DNA of 40,613 nt from Folioceros fuciformis (taxonomy: Eukaryota): assembly GCA_049999805.1 (NCBI GenBank), contig JBNGIO010006223.1, positions 286,743 to 327,355 of the forward strand, in the 5' to 3' direction. This document shows positions 12,786 to 24,517 of this stretch, one piece after another (position 1 is the stretch's first letter; each line of letters starts with the position of its first letter). A model generated the notes under the pieces. The model was not told where the DNA came from, did no database searches, and was given only the letters and a program-made list of their open reading frames with translations. The position numbers and the translations under genes were made by a program.

Positions 12786-13668
12786 ACTAGAGAAAAATGT
12801 TAAAGAGAAAATAATGTTACTATTTTCTATGTTTCATAATAAAAATATAAATGACTTTTTTCCGAGTGGCTTTGCTTTACATCTACGATATAGAGTCTCC
12901 CTTCCCAAAAAGAAAAATAATATGTTTGTGAAGCAACCGCTATAGTGCTTTGAAAAATGGATTGTGATGCGCAATGTTGTGGGGGAGAGACTAGGTATAT
13001 CACTCTAATATATCGTACAAAAATACCCTCATATCCCTATGTAAGAGATACCAGGAAAAAAAGGGCTTAGCCTCATAGCTCTGGCATACTCCGACTGTAC
13101 TCTTGCATGCAGGATGGTTCGGGGGCACAGAAACTCCCCTAAAGCCCTTGTGCCCATCTGGTAAATTCATCGATCATAGGAGCGTGGTTGCTTCCATTCA
13201 GGAAGACTTCGCGCCATGCTTCATTCGCTATGACATTGTGGCACTTAGGGGAGCCAAAGGTGGTTGCTCGACGTGCCTGGATTGTCTTACCTTGCCACCA
13301 GAGGGGGAGTAGCCATGCTCTGTAAGGATGTGGAAGTTGTGAACCGTCTGTTGAAGGACTCAACACACTCGGCTAGTAGTGGGTACGTCTTGCAAGGGAG
13401 CATGTCGATACCACACACTCGCGTGTCAAGCAATCCGGGTCAGATTTTGACGTTCGACTTCTGGTGACAGCGGACTCAGGAGGGTCGCCTGCGTCATGCA
13501 CTCAAATTCCCTACTCCACTAAGCATCCACTCAGAAGCTCTCTTCGTTTGAAACTCATATGGGATCAAATAACGTTAAGGAGTGCTGCGAGGACGGGCAA
13601 ACCAGTGTCCTAAGAAAAGATAGACTCGACGGTCTGTGTGTTGTTCGCCATGACTTAACACATGACAG

Positions 13669-14513
13669 TCAGGTCTCAAACTTGCCAGCTTCGGCTCTGA
13701 AGAAAATGCCAGCGAGAGGTGGCCCGAGGTTGTAAGTGTTGATGAGATCACGGGTACTGAAAAGTAGGCGACTTGGGGGGGCCTTTACGCTTATCTTATG
13801 CGAGCCCTGCGCGCCACGAAACACACGAACATAATTCACGTGAAACTTCAGAGCTCGGTACCTATGAACATTGGTACGTATGTATCCCTAGACCTAGGCT
13901 ACCCTGCTAGGCAGTTATTAGTCTGACCTGGGTGAAGAGGAGAACGTAATAGCGGTGGACTCCCTCGGGTGGACTAGGCCCCACGTATGATACCACTTCG
14001 TCGCCCAGAAGGTGGATCTCTGTGTTCCGGTACGGGTCCAGAATGAAGCGGTGAAGCGGCAAGCAAATGCGGCATGCGCATCTACGCAGTAAGGACATAG
14101 AACTAGCCTGCGTACATACCTTGGGATTTTTTGATGGAGCCGGGAATGTTGGTTACCAGCCAATGCAACACATTGGAACGCTCAGGGTTGGTGGCACTGG
14201 GAGCGTCCGGATCCACCATGATCACCGTGAAGAAATCTCCGTCCGCAATGGCGCTGCCCTTGAAGTTGACATGAGGCTTACTCTGTGTCGCGTTTAACCC
14301 GTAAATGCGGCCCATTTTGAGCTGGTGTCCATGGAAGTAGACTTTCACCCTGGCGGAGGGAGCCCCGTACTTATCTAACCAGGGCGCCACCACCGTCTCC
14401 GACTCCACTTCCTGCACACGCAGATATTCAAACTTCGCTGCGCCCCCAGACTGACTGTAGAGTAGTAGACAGAGGACAGCCAGGAGGACACCGAGCAGCT
14501 TCCAGGAAGCCAT
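13669..14513 (-). CDS. Phosphatidylethanolamine-binding protein (PEBP) family member with an N-terminal signal peptide; 3 exons, 207 aa
   Basis: Exons 14513-14120, 14019-13928 and 13806-13669 join in frame (GT-AG). Motifs: FTVIMVDPDAPS, LHWLVTNIPG, YVGPSPPEGVHRYYVLLFTQ, FSTRDLINTYNLGPPLAGIFF. The leader is hydrophobic (MASWKLLGVLLAVLCLLLYSQSGGA). Confidence 0.9.
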
Positions 14514-15374
14514 GGCTGTCGGGAGCACACCTCCTGCTCTTGCTTTGGCGGACTGTCTCACGAGCATTCTTCAGCCTTCGTTCACTTATCCGACGACGCA
14601 AGTGACTAATATACTGTCATTGCACAATTCACACCTGTCCGGTACACAATACTGCACCTAATATAGCAGTCAGAATAAGGAGGAGGAATTTTATTTTCCC
14701 TTAGGACGGATTTCCGCCCTGGGACTGAATGGATTTTAGTACAATTTTCAGCTTCCACATCATAGGATGGGGACAAAAAGTCCGTCTCAGGGAGCTAGAG
14801 GTTATCGAGCGGCGATACACATCGTCCTCAGCCTCACGATGGCCCAACAGCATCGTAGCCCCCCTAGCTTCAAACTCGACAGATCGGACCCGTGCCTCAC
14901 CTGCAAGATGCGATAAAATCAGATCAGAACAGAGCCGGGATATGACACTATGCGCAACCCATTTTGGGTATCGTGCATACCATTCTGGCAACCATGATGA
15001 AGTCTCTTCGGGTCCAGGTAAGTTCAAGCTCAAGGACGCGGGTACCTGCATACACTTGAGGACGTGCTTGCTTGCCTGTCGAACAAAGGTCAGCGAGGAA
15101 GTCCGCACATATGATAATACCCAACCCCAACGATTCGGAACCCAAAAGCAGCACCAGGGCTCAGAGTCTATATCTATACCTCTGGTGCCGAAGCACTAGT
15201 GCCACACGTGCAAGACTTCAACGAGATAAATTTTGATCTGAATTCCTAACCAAAAACATTTTCCATCAGAAATTACCAAATCCATATACTAAGTACAGCA
15301 AAATGTGAGAAATATGCATACCGTAAGCCCTCAGCGACCACGACAGCGCAGCTTGGCAGATTGTCTCCTATGCA

Positions 15375-18300
15375 TCATCCGAGGAGCTCTTGGGAGAGCT
15401 GCTGCAGGAACCGCTGTTCCATTGAAGTTATGTGCGCCTTTCGTATCGCTTGTGGATTATGCACGTTCATCGCTGGATGTTGGAGATAACCAATAAGAGT
15501 GTTGACGCGTGCTTCATCCCCTGCCTTCTCATACATATGGACAAGAAGTTCAAGCAGTGGAACCTGCAAGGCAGAACCAAAACCCAGGCTCAGTTCGTGA
15601 ATCTAACAGATCTGTCCCGGCACGTTCTTTAAAAACGCCAAGAAGGACGTTTTGAGTGCATACCTCCCAGATACATTGGAAATATGCCGCAGCATCCTTA
15701 TCCAAAATAGGAAAATTATCTTGTAAGAAACGAAAAGCGGACTCATAGTCCGGTGGCGTGAGACATTGACACAGAATGGCAGCCTGCAGACCTGCTCCTA
15801 TCGCCCTGCACGCATTTATCATTCTTCTTATCTGTGTAGGCCAAAGAAGAACAATTTTTCAGTTTCTTGACAACACAGCATATACCAGCGACTGCCATGG
15901 TAGAACGTACCACTTCCTGAGTAAAAATGTTGTCCGGCATGCAGGAACTGGAATCACAGTAGTGTGCGCTCCTGATGGCACCTGCCTGCCACAACTTTCC
16001 CACACAATCTGTTAACACGTCACAGAATCTGAACAACATTCCGTCGACCATCGGCAGTTGCTCAGTGTCCAAACAAGGTGAATCATTGGCACTCATATTA
16101 CAGTGAGAGAAGATGGATAGAACACCTGAAGGTAAAGCTGCAAAGCCTTCACATAGAATTCATCTTCATAAGCCAAATCAGCAAGACCTTGCAGCCAGCA
16201 ATGTCCCCTCTCCTTACCTCCTTCCGGTTCTCCTGGCAAAGCCACAATGCCCTCTAACAAAACCCTGAACAAGTCCCTACCAAACTCAGGCGAGACCTTG
16301 GGCAGCACAGGTCGGTAAATCGCAGCAGCATGGGGTAAGGACCCAATAGGAGGAGGCAGCGAAGCTCCTCCTGTCACTGCCGCAAGGACCCCGTACCTGT
16401 CAACAGCTGGGGCCCACGGTGTCAAGCCTGCAGCATTGCATCTCCGAAGCCAACCTGCTGTCAAGCTAGCCAATCTCGTGAGCACTGCTGGATTTTGCAC
16501 CCTTGATAGAAGGGGCACACCTTTTGCACCAGGATATACTGGCTTCAACATGGAATCCTCGCCTCCTTGGATTGAGCTACTAACCTCCACCCCGACAAGA
16601 AGACACAAAAAATCTTCAAAACGTTGCCACAAAGTAGATCCAAATCTGCTTGCCTCCTCGTTAGACTGGTTCCTAGAAGCAGCTGCTTCACAGAGTGGCA
16701 TCAAGTCGCCCAAAGCCGTGGCCACCCTCATTGTTTGTAGTTGCTTCCTGTAGCTAGCTAGCATGTCAGCATGGGCAAACACCATACTAGGATCCCCCTC
16801 TAGGGATACTGTTCGGACTTTGCTTTCTTGTCCCTCACCCTGAAACTTCTGAGGCCCTCGTTCTGGATGTGAAATCTCCTTATGCAGTATTGTACACCAC
16901 TGACAAAACTCCCTTAAGTAAACCCAGAATTCCTTGTCTATAAGACTTAAAATGACGTACTCCACAAGGTGAGAACTAGAAAGAAAACAAGTTTTGAAAC
17001 TTTTAGGAAGCCCTTCACAACGGTTGTCTGTTCCGACACTTTTTGATGGCATCAGCTTCTCCACTAACCATAGCATTACATCACTATCAAAATCACCGGG
17101 ATCACAAACTTTTGCTAATTGATACAACCGCTTTGCTATCCCTACCTCCTTCATATTCTCTAAGGCATCAAACGCTCTCTGCCTCAAGATACCAGCCATG
17201 CTTGCTGTGAGAGTTTCTTGGTTTCCATCAGCTGAATCCCTACACATAGCACAAAGTTCTGTTTCACTACCTTCCTGAAACTGACATGAGCAAGTCATGC
17301 ACTGTTTGCTGAACACCTCATTTTCTGCATTCAAGCGTCCCTTGTTATCAACAGCTTGTGTACTTAAAAACATCTTGGCATCTGATACAATTGCTTCCAC
17401 TTCTAAAAGAGAGTCAGCTTGAACTAGTGCGAACATAACTCGCCCCTTAAAGATATCTGGATCTAAATCTGAAGTCCCAAACCTCAACCTTTCTTGGCTT
17501 GACAATCCACCTGCATCATGCATCTTAGCACCCTGTGGACCAATTGCGGCGCTGTGTTCCCAGTTTTCCACAGAGGTGCTGTCTCCGCACAATCCAGCGA
17601 GACCGTCAGGTAAGGTGAAGCCAATGGAAGTTGCTAACGCCCAGCACCAGGGCTGATCAATAATACAACAAGCGTAGATAGCCAGCTCATCCATCCGCTG
17701 AGCCAGCAAGTTGCCCTCCAAAACTCCCTGTGACATTTCATCTACTCCATGCGTGAGAAACTGCTGTGCTAATCGACCTCCTTTGCTTGCACCCCTTCTC
17801 ACACATCTAACAGTTCTTTTCGAAGGTTTTACTTCCAGCCGTCTTGCAGAGAACACAAGCTTGAGAAAGAACTCCATGCCAACCTCGCTATGTTCAAAGC
17901 GGTTGCTAACACGGAGGAATGACTCCACCGGAGCTCCTTCAAGAACACTGCGTACAATATTACAGCCTGCAAGTTGGCATTGTACGGAGGCTGGAAGGTT
18001 TGGATCCTTTTCGACGGACAGCACGTAGCCCCAAGATAAAAATCCATTGGGAAGGTCCTCCACAAACGTTTGAACAATCTCCTTCCACGCTACTGACTGT
18101 AGGCTCTTGGCAGCACTAAAAGCATCTTTGGTCTCTGGCTGCAATATATTTTGACCCACCCGCTGACTTGTAGCATCTCTCGGATCAACTATATGAGCAA
18201 CTTCAGTCCCCTCTGCTGCTGGACAGGGTACAGGGTGGTCACCCTGACTTTCCTGAGAACATCCAAGAACAGGGCAGCTCACTTCCAAGAAGTCTTCTGA

Positions 18301-20957
18301 CACTTGCCCATCAACTGCACTAGGTGGAGTTCCAGTTACATCTTCCATGTCCCCTGGGCCCTGAGTCTGACTCATCTGGTCTAGTAGCAGCAATTCCAAT
18401 TTCCTCCTCTTAGGCACGGATGTCTCTGACTCCCTTTCATCAGCAGACCTTTTGGTTCTAAAGCCTAATTCCTTGGAAGGTTCAGTCACGGACAGAGGAT
18501 TGTGCAGTCCTTGCTTCTCAGTCGAAAGTCCTCTCCCACTTTCCCTTGCAAGCCATCTACTCTGCTCACAGGCTATGACAGCCAATTGAGAAGGAGTTGG
18601 AGCCCCGAGTTCGGGTAGCGGGGAAGCTGTGATATTTATCGTGCTATCCTTGTCACCGTTTGGAGAGGTTGCTTTAGCCAGCAGCATTCTACAGGCTATT
18701 ATAAAGCCGACCAACCTATCCTCCTGGGCTCCTACCTGTCTTTGCTTGCTAAACCCAATTTGGACATCCGAAGACGATGCAAAAAGCTGTCCACACTTTG
18801 TAAAAATTTCATGAGCTCTTGCAATTCGCCCCCTCATGAAATGAGACTCAGCAACATCGAATAATGCTTTGCATTGGTAATCAATGCTGAAAAACTGCGA
18901 CTTCTTCACAGGACCTCCATTTTCAACATTTGGAGGCTCGTCAACACTATCCTCTTTCAAAGGCTGGATATCACAATGATTCTCATCTTCACAGAAAACT
19001 CGTTCCAAAAAACGAACTGAAAAACTTTCCTCCTCTGTAATGGAATCACCCGTGGCTCTGGTAGACACAAGATCAACAACTCCTGGTCTTGGAGCCTTAA
19101 ACATGTCTGCAAGATCGTCAAATGATTGCAGATTTGCAGCATGCAGTGAGTTGTGGATACGCCACCTATGAAGATTGCACTCATGCACTGGCAATCTGGA
19201 TTGGTCATGCTCCATTAGTGCTCTCAATAAAAGATACTGATGTTGTTGGGAAGATATCAAGGACTCAATATCTGAAAGTGACAGGTTCGCAGCAACAGCT
19301 ACTCTCGCTGATCTTTCACATAACAAGGCCATAGTTTTGACCACAGTTTTACTCGTCCCATTCACTGCAGTCTGGCCATCCTATAACAGAGAACCAACCA
19401 TACGCAAAGTGTCAGGACAATGCAGGTCATGCAGATTCACGCAGTTCAGGGAAGTTTATTTGGTGAAATAATCTGGCATAGGGGTTGATAGCAGCCAGCA
19501 AGGTCACGACGTAAACTCATCCATTCTTTTGGACTCATACATGTACCTCATTCAACATTACCTCGATCCTCCCCATTGACCTACGAGTTGTCACAGATCA
19601 TCAGCATTTAAACCCGACGAAAATAGCAGCATGCAACAATAAGTCAAATTATATGTCAATGATTTTAGATGAAGATTCTGCACTCGACTCGTGCCTGCCA
19701 GACAAATGTGCATGGCCTGGATGAGTCCCCAGCAGCGGGTTCAAAGTTCTTCCCTCCACACCTTGGGCAAACTGCCCAACATACAAGCCATGAAGTGAGA
19801 ATATTGTTCTGACGAAAATCCCAAACCCCTTTCTCAGTGAACGATAATCTCACAAAAAAGCATAACACTGGCAGATAACTGCCAGGATGATGCCGCAGTA
19901 ATCTTGGAGGTAGGGGAATATCCTGGAGTGCGAAAGGTCGACTCCTCGTGGCTCTTCCTCCCCACAAGCCCTTCGGCTTCTCCTGGACATCAAAACTTAC
20001 CTTAGACTCCCATAGCGACTGACAGACACTCTGTAGCGAGAGATTCACAGAATCTAACACTGACTGCTCACAAAAGAGACACGTTATAACCTACCTGTGC
20101 CTTGACTGTCAGCTTGCCAACTGACAATCCTTTTGCTACCAGCAGGTGAACGAGAGGAGAGACATACGAGCAAAATCCTTCTGATAGTGCACGCAATTGT
20201 GCAGTGACTTATCCACACTCTTGTGGAAAAGCTTACAGACTTCGAAAACGAATTTCTGTTGACGAGGACCTTCAGAGCCACAAAGTCAGTTCGCCTGAAA
20301 TTCGCTTAAAGAAACAGGTCTGCGGGGGTGGAAGAAGATGAAAAGACACAGCGGCGGTCACTTTCGTTCTTGTCCTGAGGTTTCACTTCATTTTCCAACA
20401 ATAGAGGCTGAGACGGGAGGCATCAAGGCGACCGGGCACCGTCCCTACCAGCTAGCAAGGAGTTGCGGAGAGCAGAGAGAAGTCCGGAATTGGGGAGCAA
20501 TGGAGACACAGCGGCAGCAGACTAGGATCCGGGAAACTCGCTGGCTAAAAGAGGAAAGGACCGACAGGGGCGGGGTTGAACGAGCAGCTATCAGCACAAG
20601 TTGAATGCAACGTAGAGAAGCAGCAATTTGAAGTAAACAGTGCCGGATCTGCAAGAGGAGGGGAAATGAGGAAGGGAAGGAAATGGCAATGAAGAATATA
20701 AATAACACACATACCCCGTCCTTGGAGACCGAGGAGCCGCTGGCACTGGCAAGTGCCGCCTTGTGGTTGACCAGCACCTGGTCCAAGAACATGGTGATCA
20801 AATCGGCAGGAAGGGGCCCGTCCAGCGAGCCAGAAGCTAGGCCTGCCAAATGGTCCTCCAGCTTGTCGGGGAGGAGAACGAAATCTATCCATAACGACGC
20901 CAATGCGGCGTCTGTCGAGGGTCGAGCGCGGTCGCGATCCCTTTCGCGTTCGCCCAT
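15375..20957 (-). CDS. INTS8: Integrator complex subunit 8 homolog; 5 exons
   Basis: Exons 20957-20715, 19380-16126, 15985-15911, 15831-15664 and 15563-15375, all phase 0. The N-terminal WIDFVLLPDKLEDHL...PLPADLITMFLDQ resembles metazoan WFEFLL..LLEKHL..PAPVQLIVQFLEQ. The C-terminal FTQEVIRRMINAC...AAILCQCL..DYESAFRFLQ...YFQCIWEVPLLELL...MNVHNP...RFLQQLSQ resembles the INTS8 C-terminus (recalled, not searched). Confidence 0.8.
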
Positions 20958-21089
20958 GCTGCCCAGCTTAGGCTCCGCTGCGGTGGATACGAGCAGCTTC
21001 ACGTGTCTGAAAGATCATCAGGCCCTAGCTTTCTGATTCCTTCACCGGACCGGCAAGGGAAAAGGGAAAGGGAATGATGTACAGTCCAC

Positions 21090-21142
21090 CCTCCCTAAAT
21101 GTTACCTGTTGGGCGTAGGGCATTGGGTAACATTTAGGGAGG
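21090..21142. repeat. Perfect 17-bp inverted repeat (19-nt loop) upstream of INTS8
   Basis: CCTCCCTAAATGTTACC (21090-21106) pairs with GGTAACATTTAGGGAGG (21126-21142). Confidence 0.85.
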
Positions 21143-21537
21143 CGTAACAATTAGAGAATTCAAGTATTTATCAAAACTAAAATATTTAAATTTATTTAAA
21201 ATATAGAAATTGTGAAATATAGTTTATATATATTTAATATAAAATATACAATTATTATACGTGATAATATTATAACTTTATAATAAATAAAATAAGAAAT
21301 GAACTTCAAATTGGCCTCAAAAAATGGGTTATTTCTATTTGTTTTAAAAAAGATCTAACCTGATTTAAAACTTCTTTCACAATTTGTTGCAAATTCTTAA
21401 TTGTACACCTCATACCATTTGGTTGTTGGTCAAACAACATGCGTATCTCCTTGAGCATTGACCTAAAATAGGCGTTTCTTGATAATATTTTATAGAAGAA
21501 TTTTCAACATCGATAACTTTATTTTCCGGTGAAGGTT

Positions 21538-24264
21538 ATTTATTTATTTATTTATTTATCATTAGGCGTATGCAGCCGTGAGGCTATAACGCCGAAACTG
21601 AATCCAAAACATGATGGAATGGACACTTTGGGAAAGCGCAAAAGAAAGAGGATTAGAGCAAACAAAATAGCAAAACTAGATAGCTATGTCAATAAGCCTA
21701 AGTTAAGTAATCGCCAATCGCCTTGAAGTAAGAGAGAAGGTTTTCCCTGAGTTTGGGAACACTAAGAAGTTGGCGGATATCGTAATAAGAGCCTTGAAAC
21801 ATCTGGATCCAAGTGTTGCGAGTGGCCATACACTGGCCAAGGATGTGGTGACGAGTTTCTTCCGAAGACCTGCATTTCCGACAAAATGGATCTTCTTCAA
21901 TGTTGAATCTCCTAAAGTAAGCCCTAATAGCCATATGCCCAGTCCGAAGCTAGGTGAGAAATGATAAGAGCTTACGGTCATGGAGACCAAGGCGTTGTAG
22001 CACCGAGACCAAAGGGCCACCAAGCACCACCCTCTTAAGCGCAGAAGCCTTAGTTGAGGAAACCCACCGTAAACGCCACTCATGTAGACTTGCAGCATGA
22101 ATTTGCTGGCGAGCTCTGGACACTGATAGGATCCGGTCTTCGCGGGAAATGGGAAGAAGAGTGGCAGCCTTGGCGGTTACATCTGCATTCTCATTACCAA
22201 CAATATTATGATGGCTCGGAATCCGGTGGAGATTAAGGGAAACCTCTGGATAAGCTACCGAGAAGGCATGGAAAGATGTTCTAGCCTGGAAAGACATGGC
22301 TTGGGCTGGGCGAGCCAAAGTGTCCGTTAAAGACATGATAGCTATTTGATTAGCAAGGAAAATTGTAACTGACGAAATCCTGGGGATGGAAGCAAAGAGG
22401 GTGGGCAAGCATGAAATTGCTTTGACCACAGAGAGGAGTTCTGCCTCATAAACCCCGTAGTATGTTTCTAAACCAAAAGATAATTGATGGACAATATTCC
22501 CTTTGAAGTAGAAAACAGCCATGCCCCCGGCATGACCATTTAGAAGAGAACCATCAGTGTAAATGGCAAGGGCATCAGGAGTCAAAAGATGTAGGGAATA
22601 TGAGGCAATAGCCGAAGTGGGAGATTGTAAAATTACGATGGTTGTGGGTAAAGAAAGAGGAGAGGTACATGGAGGCATGAGTCGAGGAAAAATAGTCTCA
22701 ATAACAGTGGAGGTGGGCAGTCCTAAAGCGGAGTACAGAGTACTAGGGGAAAGGAGTATGAGACGACTGCGGATAGCATTGTGGTAGCGTTTTTTGTAGT
22801 TAGTCATAGGAAGAAAGACTTGATGGATGGGGTGAGAGGGAGGGCAGGAGACGTTGCGGAGGAGAGAACGGAGAGAATGGCGTTAGAGGCTCAACTCCGT
22901 GGGCAGAAGAAAAGCTTCAAATTCCAGGGCATCAGTGGAGGTAGTTCGAAACGCACCAATAATGGCCCTACAGGCAAGACGTTGGACCCGTTGGAAGTGT
23001 TGAATGTGTGTACGACCTCCGTTGAACCTGACATTGCAGCCGTAATCGAGCTTGGGCAGGACGACACTGATGTATAAATGTCGAAGAAGCTTAGTATTGA
23101 GGCCCCAAACTAAATTCCCAAGAGAGATTATAGCTGACAAAGTACGCATTGCGGAAGCCCAAACCTGATGAACATGCGTGTTCCAAGTTAACTTGGAATT
23201 CAAATAGAAGCCCAAAAACCTAATACACTCGGAGAGAGTGATAAGGGAACCATCGGGTAACGAAAGAGTACATTCCTTTGTTGATTCCTTACGCTTCAGG
23301 GAAAAATGAATAAGTTCAAACTTGTTAGAATCGAACTCCACGAGGTGCGTAGAGGCCCACTCCGATGCCACACGAAGCCTGAAGTTCTTTTGGCATGAAG
23401 GAGCAATGACATATGGCCCCATGTCATCAATCCAGCCAGTGCTACCACCCATGGTTTGAAGTTGAGTGATGAGATCAGAAGTGAAGAATAGGAAAAGAAT
23501 AGGCGAGATTGGCGAACCCTGGGGTAACCCACAACTGATGGGAGCAAGAGTGTCAGGTTGACCATCCAGGCAAAGGGACGTCGCCCACTGAGACAGAAAG
23601 TGGAAGACCCAATGGAGCAGCGGAGTTGGAAGGCCTTTTTTGCACATGACAGATAAGAGAATTTGATGGTTAAGTGAGTCATATGCACCTTTGATATCCA
23701 TGAGGAGCAAGGAGAGAACATGTCGTTGACCCCAAGCCCTACAGATATCCTGAACAAGGAGAGCTACTGCATCGCTTGTACTCCGACCCGGCCAACCCCC
23801 CAAATGACTGGAGGGAAGGAGACCATGATTGTTCTCAACCAAGAAGGAGAGACGTGAAGCCATAAAACCCTCCAGGGCCTTGCCTAAGCAATTAAGAAGA
23901 GCAATAGGGCAATATGAGAGGGGTAACGAATAATTGGCCCGATTGAGTTTACGGAGAATGATGGTGAGCGAGTGAAGCCACGTCAAAGAATGATAACCCA
24001 GAGTGGAGCAAGCTTGGAAGATATATAAGTAAAATTGTTTGAGGAGGTCCCAACCCCTCTGAAGAAAACCTGCAGCAATGGTGTCCAGGCCTGCCGCTTT
24101 CTAGGCCATCGTACCAAAGAGAGCCTGCTGCACCTCGTGCAAAGCAGGGGTGGGCCATGGGAAATGGGAAGCAGCGGACGGGGGAAGAGGAGGGGTGTCT
24201 GAAGAAGAGGGAATAAAGCAAAACGGAGGACTGCACACTTGGCAGCATGAGAGTAAGCAAGGTG
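21538..24264 (-). mobile_element. 5'-truncated non-LTR retrotransposon (LINE, Tad/I-like: RT + RNase H + CCHC), decayed, with 16-bp TSD
   Basis: RT motifs: YCPIALLNCLGKALE, LLMDIKGAYD, GLPQGSPISPILF, WIDD, RFLG. RNase H motifs: IYTDGS, YEAEL, IPSHHNIVGNENAD. CCHC knuckle: CRKC...TRHHILGQC. It ends in a (TAAA)n 3' tail, and TTTTCCGGTGAAGGTT flanks it at 21522-21537 and 24265-24280. Stops and frameshifts are present. Confidence 0.93.
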
Positions 24265-24517
24265 TTTTCCGGTGAAGGTTGAATAGAAGCTCATATATCA
24301 TCTGCATCTGGAGTAGAAAAGATAGCACATACATTTGTCACCTCATTAATCAACAAATTTTACACAAATTCTTGTCTAGATATAATAAGGGTCAATCCTA
24401 TTGTTCCAAGTTCCAAATCCCTAAGTTGACAAAGAAGCATTTTTATTTCTACGCGATCTTTACTGAACAAATCTTTACGTGTTGCTTGGTTGACTTGTTG
24501 TTGTTCATCGTCAGCAT

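Noticed and set aside
11173-12803. Lys-rich and Phe/Pro-rich ORFs, and a possible CRISPR-like array
   Set aside because: These are translations of the degenerate tandem repeat. There are no identical repeats with unique spacers, no cas genes, and the context is eukaryotic.
13103-13467. Short ORFs downstream of PEBP
   Set aside because: No recognisable homology or consistent exon structure.
14701-15199. Overlapping 135-aa and 156-aa ORFs between PEBP and INTS8
   Set aside because: No recognisable motif. INTS8 already ends at a conserved C-terminus, so this is likely 3'UTR or promoter.
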